A DNA stretch of 64,000 nucleotides. Source: Gordius albopunctatus (lineage: Eukaryota). Positions 26,077 through 48,077 of the stretch are shown one piece after another; positions within the stretch are counted from its first letter, which is position 1; every line of letters starts with the position of its first letter. Both the position numbers and the translations under genes were made by a program. The notes under the pieces were generated by a model, which ran no database searches, was not told the DNA's origin, and saw only the letters and a program-made list of their open reading frames with translations. The stretch covers positions 1,984,001 to 2,048,000 of the forward strand of contig OZ193910.1 in NCBI GenBank assembly GCA_964276515.1. Direction: 5' to 3'.

Positions 26077-28408
26077 CAGAGCTGTTAAAGTTACTTTACC
26101 ACAGTAACTAGTTAAGTTACAGTTACTTTCACAAAAAATATAACTAATTACAGTTACAAATTTCCAAATGTAACTGATGACAGTTTCAGTTACTTACCTC
26201 ATGGAACTAGTTACACCTAAAGTTACAAAAAATAATATTTTTAGATATTATTTATTTAAACATTTATATAAAAATCAGAAGGTAATAAATGATGATTCGA
26301 TTTCAATAATAGACTAAAAAGACGCTCGACGGGGGCGCTAGATGGTAGGACATTGAATTTAACTAAAAGTTTCTTCAATTTAGGGAAATTATTATATATT
26401 AACAAATCACTATTATTCGAATTTATAAATGTGTGAATGCACTCTTGAATACTTTTCGACCTTTAAATTTTAAAAAAATCCAATGTATTTGGTTCCTCTA
26501 GGTCCTGTATTTCCTCCTGGTTAGGGATTAATGAATTAATGTAACGTAAGGTGTCTTCTTTAATTCTCTTATTTTTCTCAAGACGGATCCACGGCCAACT
26601 TGTTTTGAAAATTGGATGGAGGATCGTTGCAACCAAATTATCTAAACTATATAGATCGGAGAATCTATAATATTTTAAATTTAACATGCATAGCTTTGTA
26701 CCTTTTATTAATCCCTTTAATTAATGCTTCTTTTAGAGGGTTACACCACTTAAGGTTTCCAATTTGTTGTAAATTTAATAAAAGTTGAGAAATGGTAGGA
26801 GTGTAAAATCCTTGATACATAAAATTTTCGCCTTATTGGAGGATCAAGAAAAATAATACATGCTATGAGGGGTATAGATAGTGTATTCCCAGCGCAAATA
26901 ATGTCTTAGAATCAGCCAATAGACTAATAAAGATGAATTCTCACTGAGAGAACGCCTACCACTTAGTAGGTTTAAGGTCATGGCTTTGGACAAGGTTAAA
27001 ACTGAGTCCTCTGAATATAAATACTCCAAAAAATTGTCAAAATATATGAAAAATTTGAAGCTATGGACAGAAGGTTATGAATTTGCAAGAAATAATATTA
27101 ATAGCCTGCCAAAAAACATCTTAATATTACTGAGTATTGTATACCAGCAAGAAGTATTATGATTAGTGAAAATAACATTAGCAATGTCAAAGAATTTTTG
27201 GCTTTGGCTATGTGAATTTCCAAATGATTGTGAAAAATGCTTTAAAGGCAAGTGCAATTGTTGCTTTTTATACAGGGAAATCGTTAAATCCAACACGATA
27301 TCCATGCACACGGATCAATGCCATCCGTTTATTTATAGCACGTTTTTATATTTTTTTAGTCGTGTATGTAATTTTTTGTATACCATTTAATAAAGACTTA
27401 CTTAAATTTAAAAAAAAATATATATATGCAAGGATGTGGTTTTGTTGGCAGTTAAACATGAATTTTGTAAACCACCTAAAGAAGCCAAAAGTTTGGGGCA
27501 AAAAAGAAAGCGAGGTAGACCCTTAATGACTAAATCAGCATTTATTGTTAAGTAATAGTAAGTTTAGATAATTTAACACTGATTATTTAACAAATTTTAG
27601 GTTTTCGAAATGAATGTTGTATCCAGCGAAATTGGCCTATTTTCCATTTTCAATTCTTAATAATTATTTTGTGATTATATTCAAATAAAAATTTTATATT
27701 TAGCCTTTATAAAGCTTAAGATTTGTAATTCTCAATAAATTTGCAAATAAATACATTATAAACAAAATCATAAGCATTTTAGAATGGGAAAGATAGGTCA
27801 TTCCTTTTCATAGCTTTTCTAATTTGTCATATTTATTTGAAGGTTGAGAAGGGAGGAAAAAATTCAAGACACTAATATATCTTTTAATTGTTAAAAATTT
27901 GTTTTGAACATATTTAAAAAAAACTAAAGAGTTGATAAGAGATAACCAATTAAAATGCTTTAAATGTTCATTACATTTTTTACCTGTTGTGTTACTCTAT
28001 CAAAAAAAATTGTACTAAAATAATATTTTATATAATATTGGTAATTTATTGATAAAATAGATTATCCATTCGAAATTCAAATTTTCAAATTTGATCCGCG
28101 AAGGAAACTTAAATTAAAGTGAAGTACACAAACTAGACCTTTAATTTGAATATTTAATAAAAAAAATTTAATTTATAAAAAGTAACTTTAACTTTAGTTA
28201 CACAATTACTGAAATAATGTAACTAACTACAGTTACAGTTACCCTGAAGTAAAAGTAACTGGTTACAGCTAGCAATGGAATTAGAGAGGGGCAATACTAA
28301 TTTAGGGAGGGGCAAAATGATCATTTTTAGAAATTTTAGGCATTAAAGGGGGACAGCCGCCCCCCCCGCCTCCCCCGGCTACTCCCATGATTATTTACCT
28401 GAGCTCTG
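26077..28408 (-). mobile_element. Decayed hAT DNA transposon with nested insertions
   Basis: Termini CAGAGCT / AGCTCTG; AGTTAC/GTAACT subterminal repeats at 26090-26230 and 28180-28270; minus-strand transposase remnants LVATILHPIFK (26600-26640) and dimerisation-domain SSAPVERLFS (~26312-26341); near-TSD ACCTATTA/ACCTCTTA with 1-nt offset. Confidence 0.75.
27040..27555 (+). mobile_element. Mutator (MULE)-like transposase C-terminal remnant nested in the hAT relic
   Basis: LWTEGYEFAR, then SWIM-like KCNCCFLY [~140-bp interruption] KKYICKDVVLLA..PPKEAKSLGQKRKRGRP, a tail pattern typical of invertebrate MULE transposases. Confidence 0.55.
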
Positions 28409-29574
28409 ACCTCTTAGAGACAAAAATGCTCTTGTCCCCGAGTGTCGCTCAAGAATATTGGTTCCTACAACTTTAAATTGGTTTCGATCAATTCGCCTCT
28501 AATGTCATTAAATTTCAATTTTAAAAAGTCTCTTGATAATAATCAAATGAACATTAAGTTTTGGCTCTATACGGCCTAGGCTTTTTGAAATTTGTTATCA
28601 TAATTAGGTGAAACTTTAAAAAAAGAGCTCATAGAAAAATTTTGATAGCTTATTCCAGTGTTTGAGATTGAAAATTAAAGGAAAAAAGCACAAAACTATT
28701 ATCTAAGTTGTTTTGCATAGATAAAAAAATTTATTAAGCAAGCGTGCCATAGTTTAACATTTGATATAATAATTCTTTATTAGTTCGATCTATTTTTAAT
28801 TCAAATAAAATGACGAATTCCAGAATAAATTTCCAAAATACCATTAAAGCAAGTCTTCACTCACTATCAGCCACTCAAAATAACATTTTCGTCGTTAGTT
28901 CTTGGGCAAAAGTTCCCAAAAGCCTTCAATACAAACTTATGGAGTCAAATTCAAAAATAAATATTTAACAAAAATATCCCAAAAGAAATTACTAAGAGCA
29001 TTCTACGACAATCAGACCAAAAATAAATGATCAACTTTGGTCCAACATTGTCCTTCACAGTTCATTCAGATGGATCTGGTTTTGTTTTTAAGGTCTTTCT
29101 GTATCCGAAATTATTAATAAATTGACTAGAATCTGGTTAAAAGTGTAAATTCTAATAAATTAAATTTCAAAATTGATTATATAGTAACATTAGTTAACTT
29201 TATTGTGATAATTATATTGGTCCAATATTATATTTTTAAATACCTTAAGTAAATTGGATTTTATTATTTATTAAATTATAAAAATCACATATATAAAATT
29301 AATCATAATTATCGGTCCTATCTATTATGAAGCTAAACAGTAGACGTGCGGAATAAATAAAAAAATTAAATTTATGATTTAAAATTTAAATGATCAATTA
29401 AATATAGATATTTTTAAATTCTGTTTAAATTAAATCATAATATCAATGCCTTAGGCCTATCAAGAAACGCATATAATCCGTTGTTACATGGTCATCTTAG
29501 TACCGTGCTCTGTTTTTGCCAAATTATTATATTGAACAATTACATAATTCAAACGATTTTTTAACCGAGATAGA

Positions 29575-30000
29575 CGCTACAAGCCACGGAGATGAGAATG
29601 ATATGGTGGATCTTGGGGTATACTAAGCTCGACCACGTGACGAATGACTTACTCATGACAAAAATGGGTATTCAACCTATGGCGGACATATAAAAAATTC
29701 CAATAACTGTCTGTCACACTAAGGTGGTCAGCTTCTTTAGATATTTGAATAAGGGGTGATGCTCAGCTATCCAGGCCTGAAAGCCGTGGTGACGATGTGA
29801 TTTTTATCTTTTTTGAAATAAAGGCAGAGGCGGGATTGAACCTGCGAGTTCTTGCTTCAAAGACTAATGTCACGTGGAAAGGGCAAGTGGACAAAGTTAT
29901 GAAAACTAAGAAGATCAAGACATGGCACTTACCCGATCAAGATGGAAGAAACTCATCAACCCCACGACTGTGGGACCAAATATTGGATAAAGAAGAAGAG
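29575..30000 (+). mobile_element. Two short RTE 3' fragments
   Basis: 29575-29690 matches the EMRM..WSLGYTKLD region of the full-length RTE; 29868-30000 matches its 3' end and has a GAA tail. Confidence 0.75.
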
Positions 30001-30394
30001 ATGCCCCCTGAATCCGGAAGAGATTTTGATTTGTGGCCATATATCGATATAATCAGAGTTTTATTACTACCTTATACCAAGGTAGCCACACTTATAATTA
30101 AGGGGTAAGTAATATAGATAAGCCTGTTTCTGAGTGGCCCTTTATCAATATATTGGGCTCCGCCTCGGGCGAAAAGATTCAAGCCAACCACCGGTCATTA
30201 ACTAGTCGTCTATTTACAAAAGCGAAATAAAAGTCTTTTACAGAAGCAAAAGTTCACAGCCATTAAAAATCCTTATATGTTTCCATGGCAATTATTGCAA
30301 AAATTACAAGTTGGACCGACAGCTGACAACCAAAAGCGAGCCCATAAATTGCGTAGAAATCAATAAAATAATTAAAAATTATTATAATTTAAGG

Positions 30395-30815
30395 TGTCTT
30401 CCTTTTATTCTTTCCAGGACGAATCCACGTCCAATTCCTTTTAAAAATTGGATAAAGAAGAATCGTTTCAGCCAAATTATCTAAATTATATAAATTGGAA
30501 AATCTAAAAAATTTTAAATGCATATTTTTGTGCCCTTTTATTAATCCCTTTAATTATTGCCTCTAAAAAGGCTGACACCACTTTATATCCATATTTACGA
30601 AAATAATATATATTTCTAATAGGATGGATTATGTATTCGATTCGAAATAGACATTCATTATTTACATTTTATCCGCTAAGTAAATTTAAATTTAAAGCGA
30701 TGAACACAAACTAGATGTGTAACTATATTATTTTTTTAATTTTATAAAATATAAGTCTAACTTTAATTGACCAGTTGTCACAGTTCCTCTGAAGTAACTG
30801 ATTACAATTACTTTT
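30395..30815 (-). mobile_element. Second fragment of the same hAT family
   Basis: 30395-30590 aligns by eye with 26545-26750; AGTAACT/GTTAC subterminal motifs at 30770-30812. Confidence 0.6.
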
Positions 30816-31704
30816 CTGAAGAAAAGCAAATAGTTCCAGGAACTTAATAGCTCTAGTAAAAACATAATGTTTTGTCTCGCGCTGACACAAAATAAATTGA
30901 AACATTTAAAATATAAAAATATTTGAAGTAATTTTTTTGTGTAGAGATAAAAAATTTCATAAAGAAGGCCCCTCCGGTTTTGAGTTTTTATTAAATGAAA
31001 CAGTTTTGGGGTTGAATTTGAGTTCATTTAAATTTATAAATTTTTAGCCATTGATATAACCGATTTATTTAGCACTTTAAAAACTAGAATAATTTCATAG
31101 CTGTGCAATATGAAAAAATTATTCAAATCGGATTTTTGATATCAATTATATTAACAAAGTTGGTTGGAGTCGACTTAATATGAGCGTATCTAGGATCGAT
31201 TTTAAACAAGTCAAATGAAAAATTATAATTATTTTCAAGTTTGACCTAATTTTATTAATAAATATATGAAAAATGGGTGGGTAAATTAATAGCTATTTTA
31301 ATATTTTCACAACTTTTTTATACTTTATTTTAAAAACAAGGCTCATTGATTTAATTATATTAATAAAATTCAAATATTTAAATATGTACCCAAATATTAA
31401 TCCGCCTCTGCAATTCCTATGTTAGGATTACTGATTTACATTTTATCTGCATAAAGAAATCTTAAATTATTCTAGTTAAAACCCTTTTCAGTATTCAAAT
31501 AATCTAATAACATGCGATGGGTCTTTTTAGTGAAAATTCTTACACAAACCCTTATTTGAATATTTGCTTAACAATAATATCACGAGGAAGAAGCATGTTT
31601 TGAATAATATGTTTCCATTATTATGCATGATTTGGAGTGGAGCTTAGAGTATATAAGTTTAATTTAAAACGTTGCGAAATAGTTACCCATTGTTTTCCTT
31701 CAAA

Positions 31705-33145
31705 ATGTCCTACCCATTAAAATGTCTAACATTAATTGTGCTCGCCTTTACGATCCAGGCTGCACCCAAGAGGTCCACTGCCAGACGACAAATTCCCTTT
31801 AATCCCCTGGAGCAACAATTATTTCGTAATCAGTTTTTTTTGTCTGAAATTTGAAATCTTTTATGTATTTGTTTAGTATTTTGTGGGTATATTTAAAATT
31901 TTTACATATTTTACAATTATAGCAAACCCATGCACTAAATCGATGCTAGAATTGGGCGCAATGTATCATCCAGTCCCGGGCCATTTGGATCAATACATAC
32001 AATGCGACGAGCACGGGGTTGCCACTATGCGCAATTGCGCTCCTAGTACCGTTTGGAATTCGGTATTGCAAACTTGTACCACTCCTGATACGCTCAAAGG
32101 CGTGATGGGTAAAGCGCTCGTTGCCTTCAAAAGTGACTCTGGCGAAGACCCCAATCAGGAGCAAACTGGGAGGGGGCGTGTTTTGTCAGGCCCACCACCA
32201 CCACCAGCACTTCAAGCTCAGGCTGGCTCGTTGTCGGATCAAACGCTACTACAAGATCAGGTTGAGGCTCAACAACGCATGCAACAGCAACAACTTGCCA
32301 TCCAGCGTCTGCAGATTGCTGCGCAAATGGCGCTCCAACAACAGATACTCTCGGGTCAAACGCAAGGTGGACGAGGGTCTTTACCTCCATCTGGTGGACT
32401 TGTAGGACCATCCACTTTACCAGGACAACTTACTGGGCAAACTCAACTGATTGGTCCTGGCACTAACTTTCCACCGCCACAATTTGGTCAAATGCAGACT
32501 GGGAGAGAGACTGGATCTGGACCTGTAGGACCATCTTTCCCAACACAAACTATTGGGCAAAATATGATAGTTCAACCACATGGGGAAGATGGATGGGGCC
32601 CTAGACCTAGCAATCCCTTGGGTATTGGAATTCAATATGGTCAAATGCCTCCCTTCGGAGCGGGCCCAATGGGCCACCCACCCGGTGGTTTGCCTTTTCC
32701 ACCCGTCTTAATGCCAGGCCCAGTTGTTTTCCCAAATCAACCCGGCTCAATTGGTCAGTTACCACAACAACCAAGCATAGTAGCACCACCGCAAACGGTT
32801 TCTAGTGATCCTGGCGCTTCGTTGAAGCAACAATCTGTAATTCCACCCCACCCCGATAAGCCTGGCGCTATAAACGCGGCACCGGATCAAGGTCAAAATC
32901 AGGTCATGCCTCCCATGTACGGAGCCCCGCCTTCTGGCCAACAATTAAGCCCGGACGATTTGGCTCTGGTTCAACGATTTGCCCAAAGTCAGCTAGGAGT
33001 TAATCAAAAACGACGCAAGAGACAATTTGGTTTCCCCTATGGTGGCTATGGCTTGTATTCGGGTTTGTATAGCCCGTATGGATATGGTGGTTATAGCCCT
33101 TACTCTTTGTTTGGATTCGGATACCCTTACGGCCCATTTTATTAA
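31705..33145 (+). CDS. Secreted proprotein: signal peptide, 4-Cys chitin-binding type-2 (CBM14)-like module, Q/P/G-rich region, KRRKR site, C-terminal Gly/Tyr-rich peptide
   Basis: TATA-like TATATAAG ~31650; ATG 31705 MSYPLKCLTLIVLAFTIQA; phase-1 intron 31826-31922; NPC..YHPVPGHLDQYIQCDEHG.ATMRNCAPSTVWNSVLQTC; TAA 33143-33145; AATAAA 33214. Confidence 0.82.
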
Positions 33146-33264
33146 ACAAAACTTGTACTAGCGTACGCGTGTTGCGTTTATTTGTGAAAGATGTGCTTTA
33201 CAATTATTTGAACAATAAAATTGAATTTTGAAATTTACACTAACGGTTATTTGGTAGCGAATAT

Positions 33265-33735
33265 TTAGGGTGTAATGTGTCCAATTGATTTTCTCCATTT
33301 CATTCGCCTGTTTTGAAACCATATTTTTACTTGGGAATCTGTGAGGCCTAGCAGTGTGGCTATTTCTTTGCGATCGGGTTTGGTTACGTACTTTTGGCGC
33401 ATGAAGCGCTGCTCTAGGGCAGCTCTTTGAGCGCTCGAAAATACCGCTCGAGCCCAGGATTTGCGCTTGGGTGTTGGGACGCTACACGTTTTTTGCGCTG
33501 ATGTAGGCGCGCTCGAGCATAAGCTTGAGCTTAGAGATGCGTTTATCAGGGGCAGGAATGGCCATAACCAAAATGTTTCTAGGCTTGTGGACTGGACGGA
33601 TTGCTTGGGTGGAGTTGGAGATTTTTGCTTTATTTCGCTTTTGGACTGCTTGGTCTGGCTTAATAATTGATCGATTCCGAATTTTAATCGATTGGAATTA
33701 TTGATTGATTGGTTTTGTGTTTGTAACGGGGTCAT
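33265..33735 (-). CDS. HLX: H2.0-like homeobox protein, intronless, 156 aa
   Basis: eh1 motif LKFGIDQLL; homeodomain KSWARAVFSSAQRAALEQRFMRQKYVTKPDRKEIATLLGLTDSQVKIWFQNRRMKWR. SW.RAVFS and QKYVTKPDRK are Hlx diagnostics. Confidence 0.88.
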   Translation of the reverse strand: MTPLQTQNQSINNSNRLKFGIDQLLSQTKQSKSEIKQKSPTPPKQSVQSTSLETFWLWPFLPLINASLSSSLCSSAPTSAQKTCSVPTPKRKSWARAVFSSAQRAALEQRFMRQKYVTKPDRKEIATLLGLTDSQVKIWFQNRRMKWRKSIGHITP

Positions 33736-34576
33736 TTAAATGTAATTGATTTTTATGAGTTGCATTATATAAATTAGTTAGAAATAAAGAACTTAGAGCC
33801 GTTAGAGGCGATAAATAATTTTCTAATTGCTTAATTGTAATTGCTCATATTCCCCTGTCATGAATATCACACTTATCTCTGTATGAGTTTTTCGCTTCAT
33901 GTCTCATGTAATATTATATAGCAAGTTGATTAATGTGGTTTTAGATAATATAAAGTATTATTAAATATATGAATGTTTCTAAAATTTAAGCCTTAATTTA
34001 ATTCTTTATTTTAACCTTTTTTTAATTGTATGTAGTTTTTACCATTTTTACGATTTTTAATTAGCAAATTTCTCACGCCCCCCCCTCTCATTTTAGATGT
34101 CTTTTAACAATAAATTACTTTATAAAAGAAATTTTTAACAATTTGAATAACTTTAATGTTTATTGTTTTTAGTATGTAAATAAATTGCAATTTATATAAA
34201 AAAAACAAAATTATGTTGATTTTAGATAAATAATAACTATTCAGTTGGGGAAAGCAATATAGATCTTTAAAGGAGCTTGCTGCTCTAAGTATCCAATCTG
34301 TTTTCCTGTAACCTTTAGTAATTAAAACAGCAAATATTCTGTTTTATGTAACGCATGGAAAGGCACTCTGTTTAATAAATTAATAACGCCATCTATAAAA
34401 CATTAAAAATTGTTTTATCTTCTTTAATACGATTTAATGGATTTCTTGGAGAGGCGAGAGAAAAATGCTTTAAAGCAAAGACCATCTGTAATAGTTTTTA
34501 GAACCAGAAGTAATGGCGCATCTAGGCATAGATTTTAACTAATACTTAGATTTTTTAATAATAATAATAAATTTAA

Positions 34577-35161
34577 CCCTCGAGGGACCCCACGATAGTT
34601 ATAAACACAAATATAAAACGCATTTAAAAGCGAATTGATCTGGCCTCTTCAGTAGCCTAATATTTTACCAAGAACTAAGTTTTAGGAAAATTTCATAACT
34701 TTTGGCCCACTACTTTTAAAATATAGCATCTTTTTGGCCACGGGGGTCCTGTGTACCCCACGAATGCTCTCACGTAAGTTTTTTTCTATTGGAAAAAATG
34801 TATGTATTTTTTTTGTTTGACGATATCTTTTACAATTTGTGTTTTTAATATATTTTGGACATTCTTTTAATAAAAAATTACGTTTATTTTGATTTATTTT
34901 AAGGTATATGATGTCAAGAGGTAAAACTCTAAAATAGTCAAAATAAAAATGGGGGTCAAGAAAATCGTTAATAAGTTTTGTAATGTTGATTAGATTCATA
35001 TCAAAATTTATACCATCAATCTTAAGACCTTTATAAACACATGTTTAAAATTTGAAAGGTTTAAAAAAAATACTTAAAAAGTTATAAGAAGTTAAAAAAT
35101 GGGGTCAAATATACCCCAAGAATGCTCTCGCGTTCGGGATTTTCAGGAGTGCTCTCCAGGG
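34577..35161. mobile_element. piggyBac-like MITE
   Basis: TTAA at both sides (34573-34576, 35162-35165); termini CCCTCGAGGG / CTCTCCAGGG; internal repeat GGGGTC..TACCCCA.GAATGCTCTC.CGT at 34742 and 35101. Confidence 0.7.
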
Positions 35162-35797
35162 TTAATTTAATATCTAAAAAAATAAAATTTATAAAATAAT
35201 TTAATAAAAAGGATTTAAAAAACAAATTTATATACTTTGTTTTTTTCAATTGATGATCATTATTGCCCCCCCCCTCTAAATACAATCCTGGTTTGGTTAC
35301 GCCCATGTTTTTGAGCAAAAGTTAGAATTGCTTGCAGGCATGCATGCTTAAACAAAGCAAACAATGAAGTATTATAATTAGTCAACTTTCAACTTAAAAA
35401 AATTTAATTTTATATCACAATACTACTCTGTCAATCTAGTATGTGACAGTTAACACTTTGACAGCTGTCGTATTTTCTAAAACTAAATTAATTCTGAAAT
35501 TTTAGTTTTTTAGAATTATAATTTTTCATTTGCATCCTGAAAACGGAGTAAAATTTGATTATGAAACCCTATATATTTCTTGAGGTACACGCAGTAAACA
35601 AATAAGCTGAAAGTAAGGTTCTTTGAAATGGTAAATTTTGAATATTAACAAAATATCAAAATTCATCCCATAAAAAATATTATTATTCTAATGAAGGGGG
35701 GTAATAGCGACTCTAAAAAACTATAAATATATTTTCTTCCCAACCTAAAATTCATATTTCCACTTTTTTTATTTAATTCGCTCTATCTTCTCCCAAA

Positions 35798-36767
35798 ATG
35801 CTAAATATATTTACTTTTGCAGCAATTTTAGGCTTGCTTCAAGCAGCTTATATAGACGATTTGTTAAGCACTTATGGTCAAGCGTTTAACGCTCCAACTG
35901 ACCAAGCGTCAGGTTTGAGCGGTAGTTCTCTATACGGTCCCCTCTTATCTCCTCAAGGAACATCGCAGACTGGTGGTTTTATACCTTCTGGAGCGCCATA
36001 TTCTAGTATCTTCGGGAGTCAACAAGCGTCACCACTTCAACAAGTACCTCAAGTATTACCACCACAACAAGCTTTCCAACAAAACGCTCCCCCTTCATTT
36101 GGGCCTAGTCAATTTGGACCGAGTCAATTTCCAACGCTTGGCGCTCTGACGCAACAACAAATTCCTACGCTCCAAGGTGTTTATGGGGGTACCAGTCTTG
36201 GGGGATTGAGTGCTTACCCACCCCAACCTAGTGGTTCTTTGGGTATACCACGTAGCATTAGCGCTCTACCAAGTTATGGAGGAGGACTACCACAAGGCCC
36301 CGGTGCTCCAGCTTATGTGGGCGCTCCATCTTTCCAAGGCGCTGGTGCTCCAGCTTATGTGGGCGCTCCATCTTTCCAAGGCGCTGGTGCTCCAGCTTAT
36401 GGGGGCGCTCCATCTTTCCAAGGCCCAAGTATCCCAACCCCACAGTTTGGTGCAGGCAGACCAAATTTCGGAGCCTTCGGCCCACCAACCCAAAGTATGT
36501 CATGCTTGCTTTTGATAAAATCTTTATTTTCGCACGTTTTTAGGTAACCCATGCACACCGAATGCTTTGAGTAATGGTCAATACTATTTCGCCGACAATG
36601 GGAATCCCCAAAAATATATACAGTGTACGCAAAAGGGTGAAGCCATTGGGAGATATTGTTCGCCTGGAACCGTTTGGAATTCATTTGCTGACACTTGCAC
36701 CAGAGTTGAAACACTTCTGGCTTATGCCAAGATAGCTTCCGCCCAAAGTCCGGGATCATTTTTTTAA
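35798..36767 (+). CDS. Secreted G/P/S/Q-rich protein with a C-terminal 4-Cys CBM14-like module (paralogue of 31705-33145)
   Basis: Signal MLNIFTFAAILGLLQA; 49-nt phase-1 intron 36495-36543; exon 2 SNPCTPNALSNGQYYFADNGNPQKYIQCTQKGEAIGRYCSPGTVWNSFADTC; TAA 36765-36767; AATAAA 36822. Confidence 0.82.
36302..36423 (+). repeat. Coding tandem repeat, 39 bp x3 (GAPAY[V/G]GAPSFQG)
   Basis: Three near-identical GGTGCTCCAGCTTATG(T/G)GGGCGCTCCATCTTTCCAAGGC units. Confidence 0.92.
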
Positions 36768-36936
36768 AGATCATTTTAAAAACTATTGATCATTATACCA
36801 TGATATTTAGACATTAGTGGTAATAAACCTCTTAGTATATAATTGAACCGTTTTTTATTGGGTGTGTGTGTATTTGAAATTTAAATAGGAAGGGGGTATG
36901 GGTATAGTGTATTAACAAAACAAACATATGGGGCTG

Positions 36937-46637
<9,701 letters not shown>

Positions 46638-47288
46638 ATCTGCGAAATAAAATTTCAAAAATAAATATTCTATATTTTAACAGCTGGGAATTGGTGACAA
46701 AAAATAGAAAAAATTTTTTCCACATTATTCCTACCTCGTAAGATCGAGACTAGATTTCGAAAATTCCGATACAATCCGACAAGTGAATTAACATGGAATT
46801 TAGGTTGAGCTTTATAAATTTGCGAATTTCGGAAAAAATTGTAAATTTTTTTATTTTAAATCAATCATGTTTTCTACAATAATGAGAGAACGTGGTGGCA
46901 CGACCATATGTTTTGTCAGGTGTCTTTACGTATGTATATCTCTTATTAAATCGATAATTTAACAAATGGCCCCTTTAACAGGTTGTAAACAAATAAATAA
47001 CAAACAACAAATAATAATGATGGGTGGTCCAAGCGATGTTGTAAATAAAAAATCTCTTTTTCCCAAGCAAGTTGGCTAAGGTCAAGAAAAACCAATACAA
47101 GTAGATTTTTAATATAAATATGACGTGGTTGGGGGGCGATTACCCTCCTGTGCCCCCCCCCCGCAACTTTAGGTCTTTTATTTAAAATGAAATAAATAGC
47201 TGTGACGCAAATGGTAGCGATACATATCGATTTTCAATTTTTATGCCTGTAGTATGATTGGCGGGCTTTTATCGCTATATTAAGTTAT

Positions 47289-47365
47289 CCAATGAATTCG
47301 ATTGGTCGCACGTTCGAACGTGCAGCCAATAAGCGAAATTCGCGCAATTTTCCCTAGTGACGTCA
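47289..47365. promoter_or_regulatory. Candidate PC2 upstream regulatory module (CCAAT boxes, palindrome, CRE)
   Basis: CCAAT 47289, ATTGG 47301, 16-bp palindrome GCACGTTCGAACGTGC 47308-47323, CCAAT 47326, TGACGTCA 47358-47365; ~0.7 kb 5' of the PC2 ATG. Confidence 0.45.
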
Positions 47366-48077
47366 TAATATGACTCGATCTTTATCGGTGATTTATGTTA
47401 AATATTAAATAAAAGCCGTTTCTGGGTTTAAATATTGCAGACACCATGGGCGTTGCCAAGCCAGCAATGGAATTAGAGGGGGGCAATAATGATTATTTTT
47501 TGAAAGTTTAGCGAACATTTTAGTCAAAATTCAACAAGTTTTTTGGATTTAGAGGGCGGCAGACCCCTGCCCCCCCCCCGTCTAAGCACATAAGGTCTTT
47601 CAATTTTCTACAAATTACCTGTAGGTTGTCCTATGAAAATCACAAAAAAAAGTTTTAAGTTAATAAATAAAAAAGGATTGTCATCATTTTGATGTTAGCA
47701 AGAATATCCTCTACATCGCGATTGACATTTAATCCGAGCCCTTCACTCATTTGGAGTCATATTGACCCCAGTGTGATGATTAATAAAGCTACGCTATATT
47801 TGGGCAACGTTTGACGTCATATTATCTTTAAATCACGAGATCCATCTATATGAGTCAATCCTAACAATCCCAAGTGATTGATTCCCATATTTAAAGATTA
47901 CCTTTTACCCCCCCCCCCTCCACTATATCCTAGGTGCTAATGGAGTTAATGATAGCTATACAAATCGATTATTTTAAATTGCGTAGGCTAATAGTATACC
48001 CTAGTAAATTCACAGAAATCCAATTATTATTTATTCTCCGACAATAGATTAACAATAAGCCCGTATATGGTCTTAGC

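Noticed and set aside
30220..30355. ~130-bp segment also present at ~42985-43120, with a CxxC motif on the minus strand
   Set aside because: Probably an old LINE zinc-finger remnant; no termini or intact frame.
35428..35469. Cluster of TGACAG (TALE-class) motifs
   Set aside because: Short motifs that could equally be repeat-derived; no independent support.
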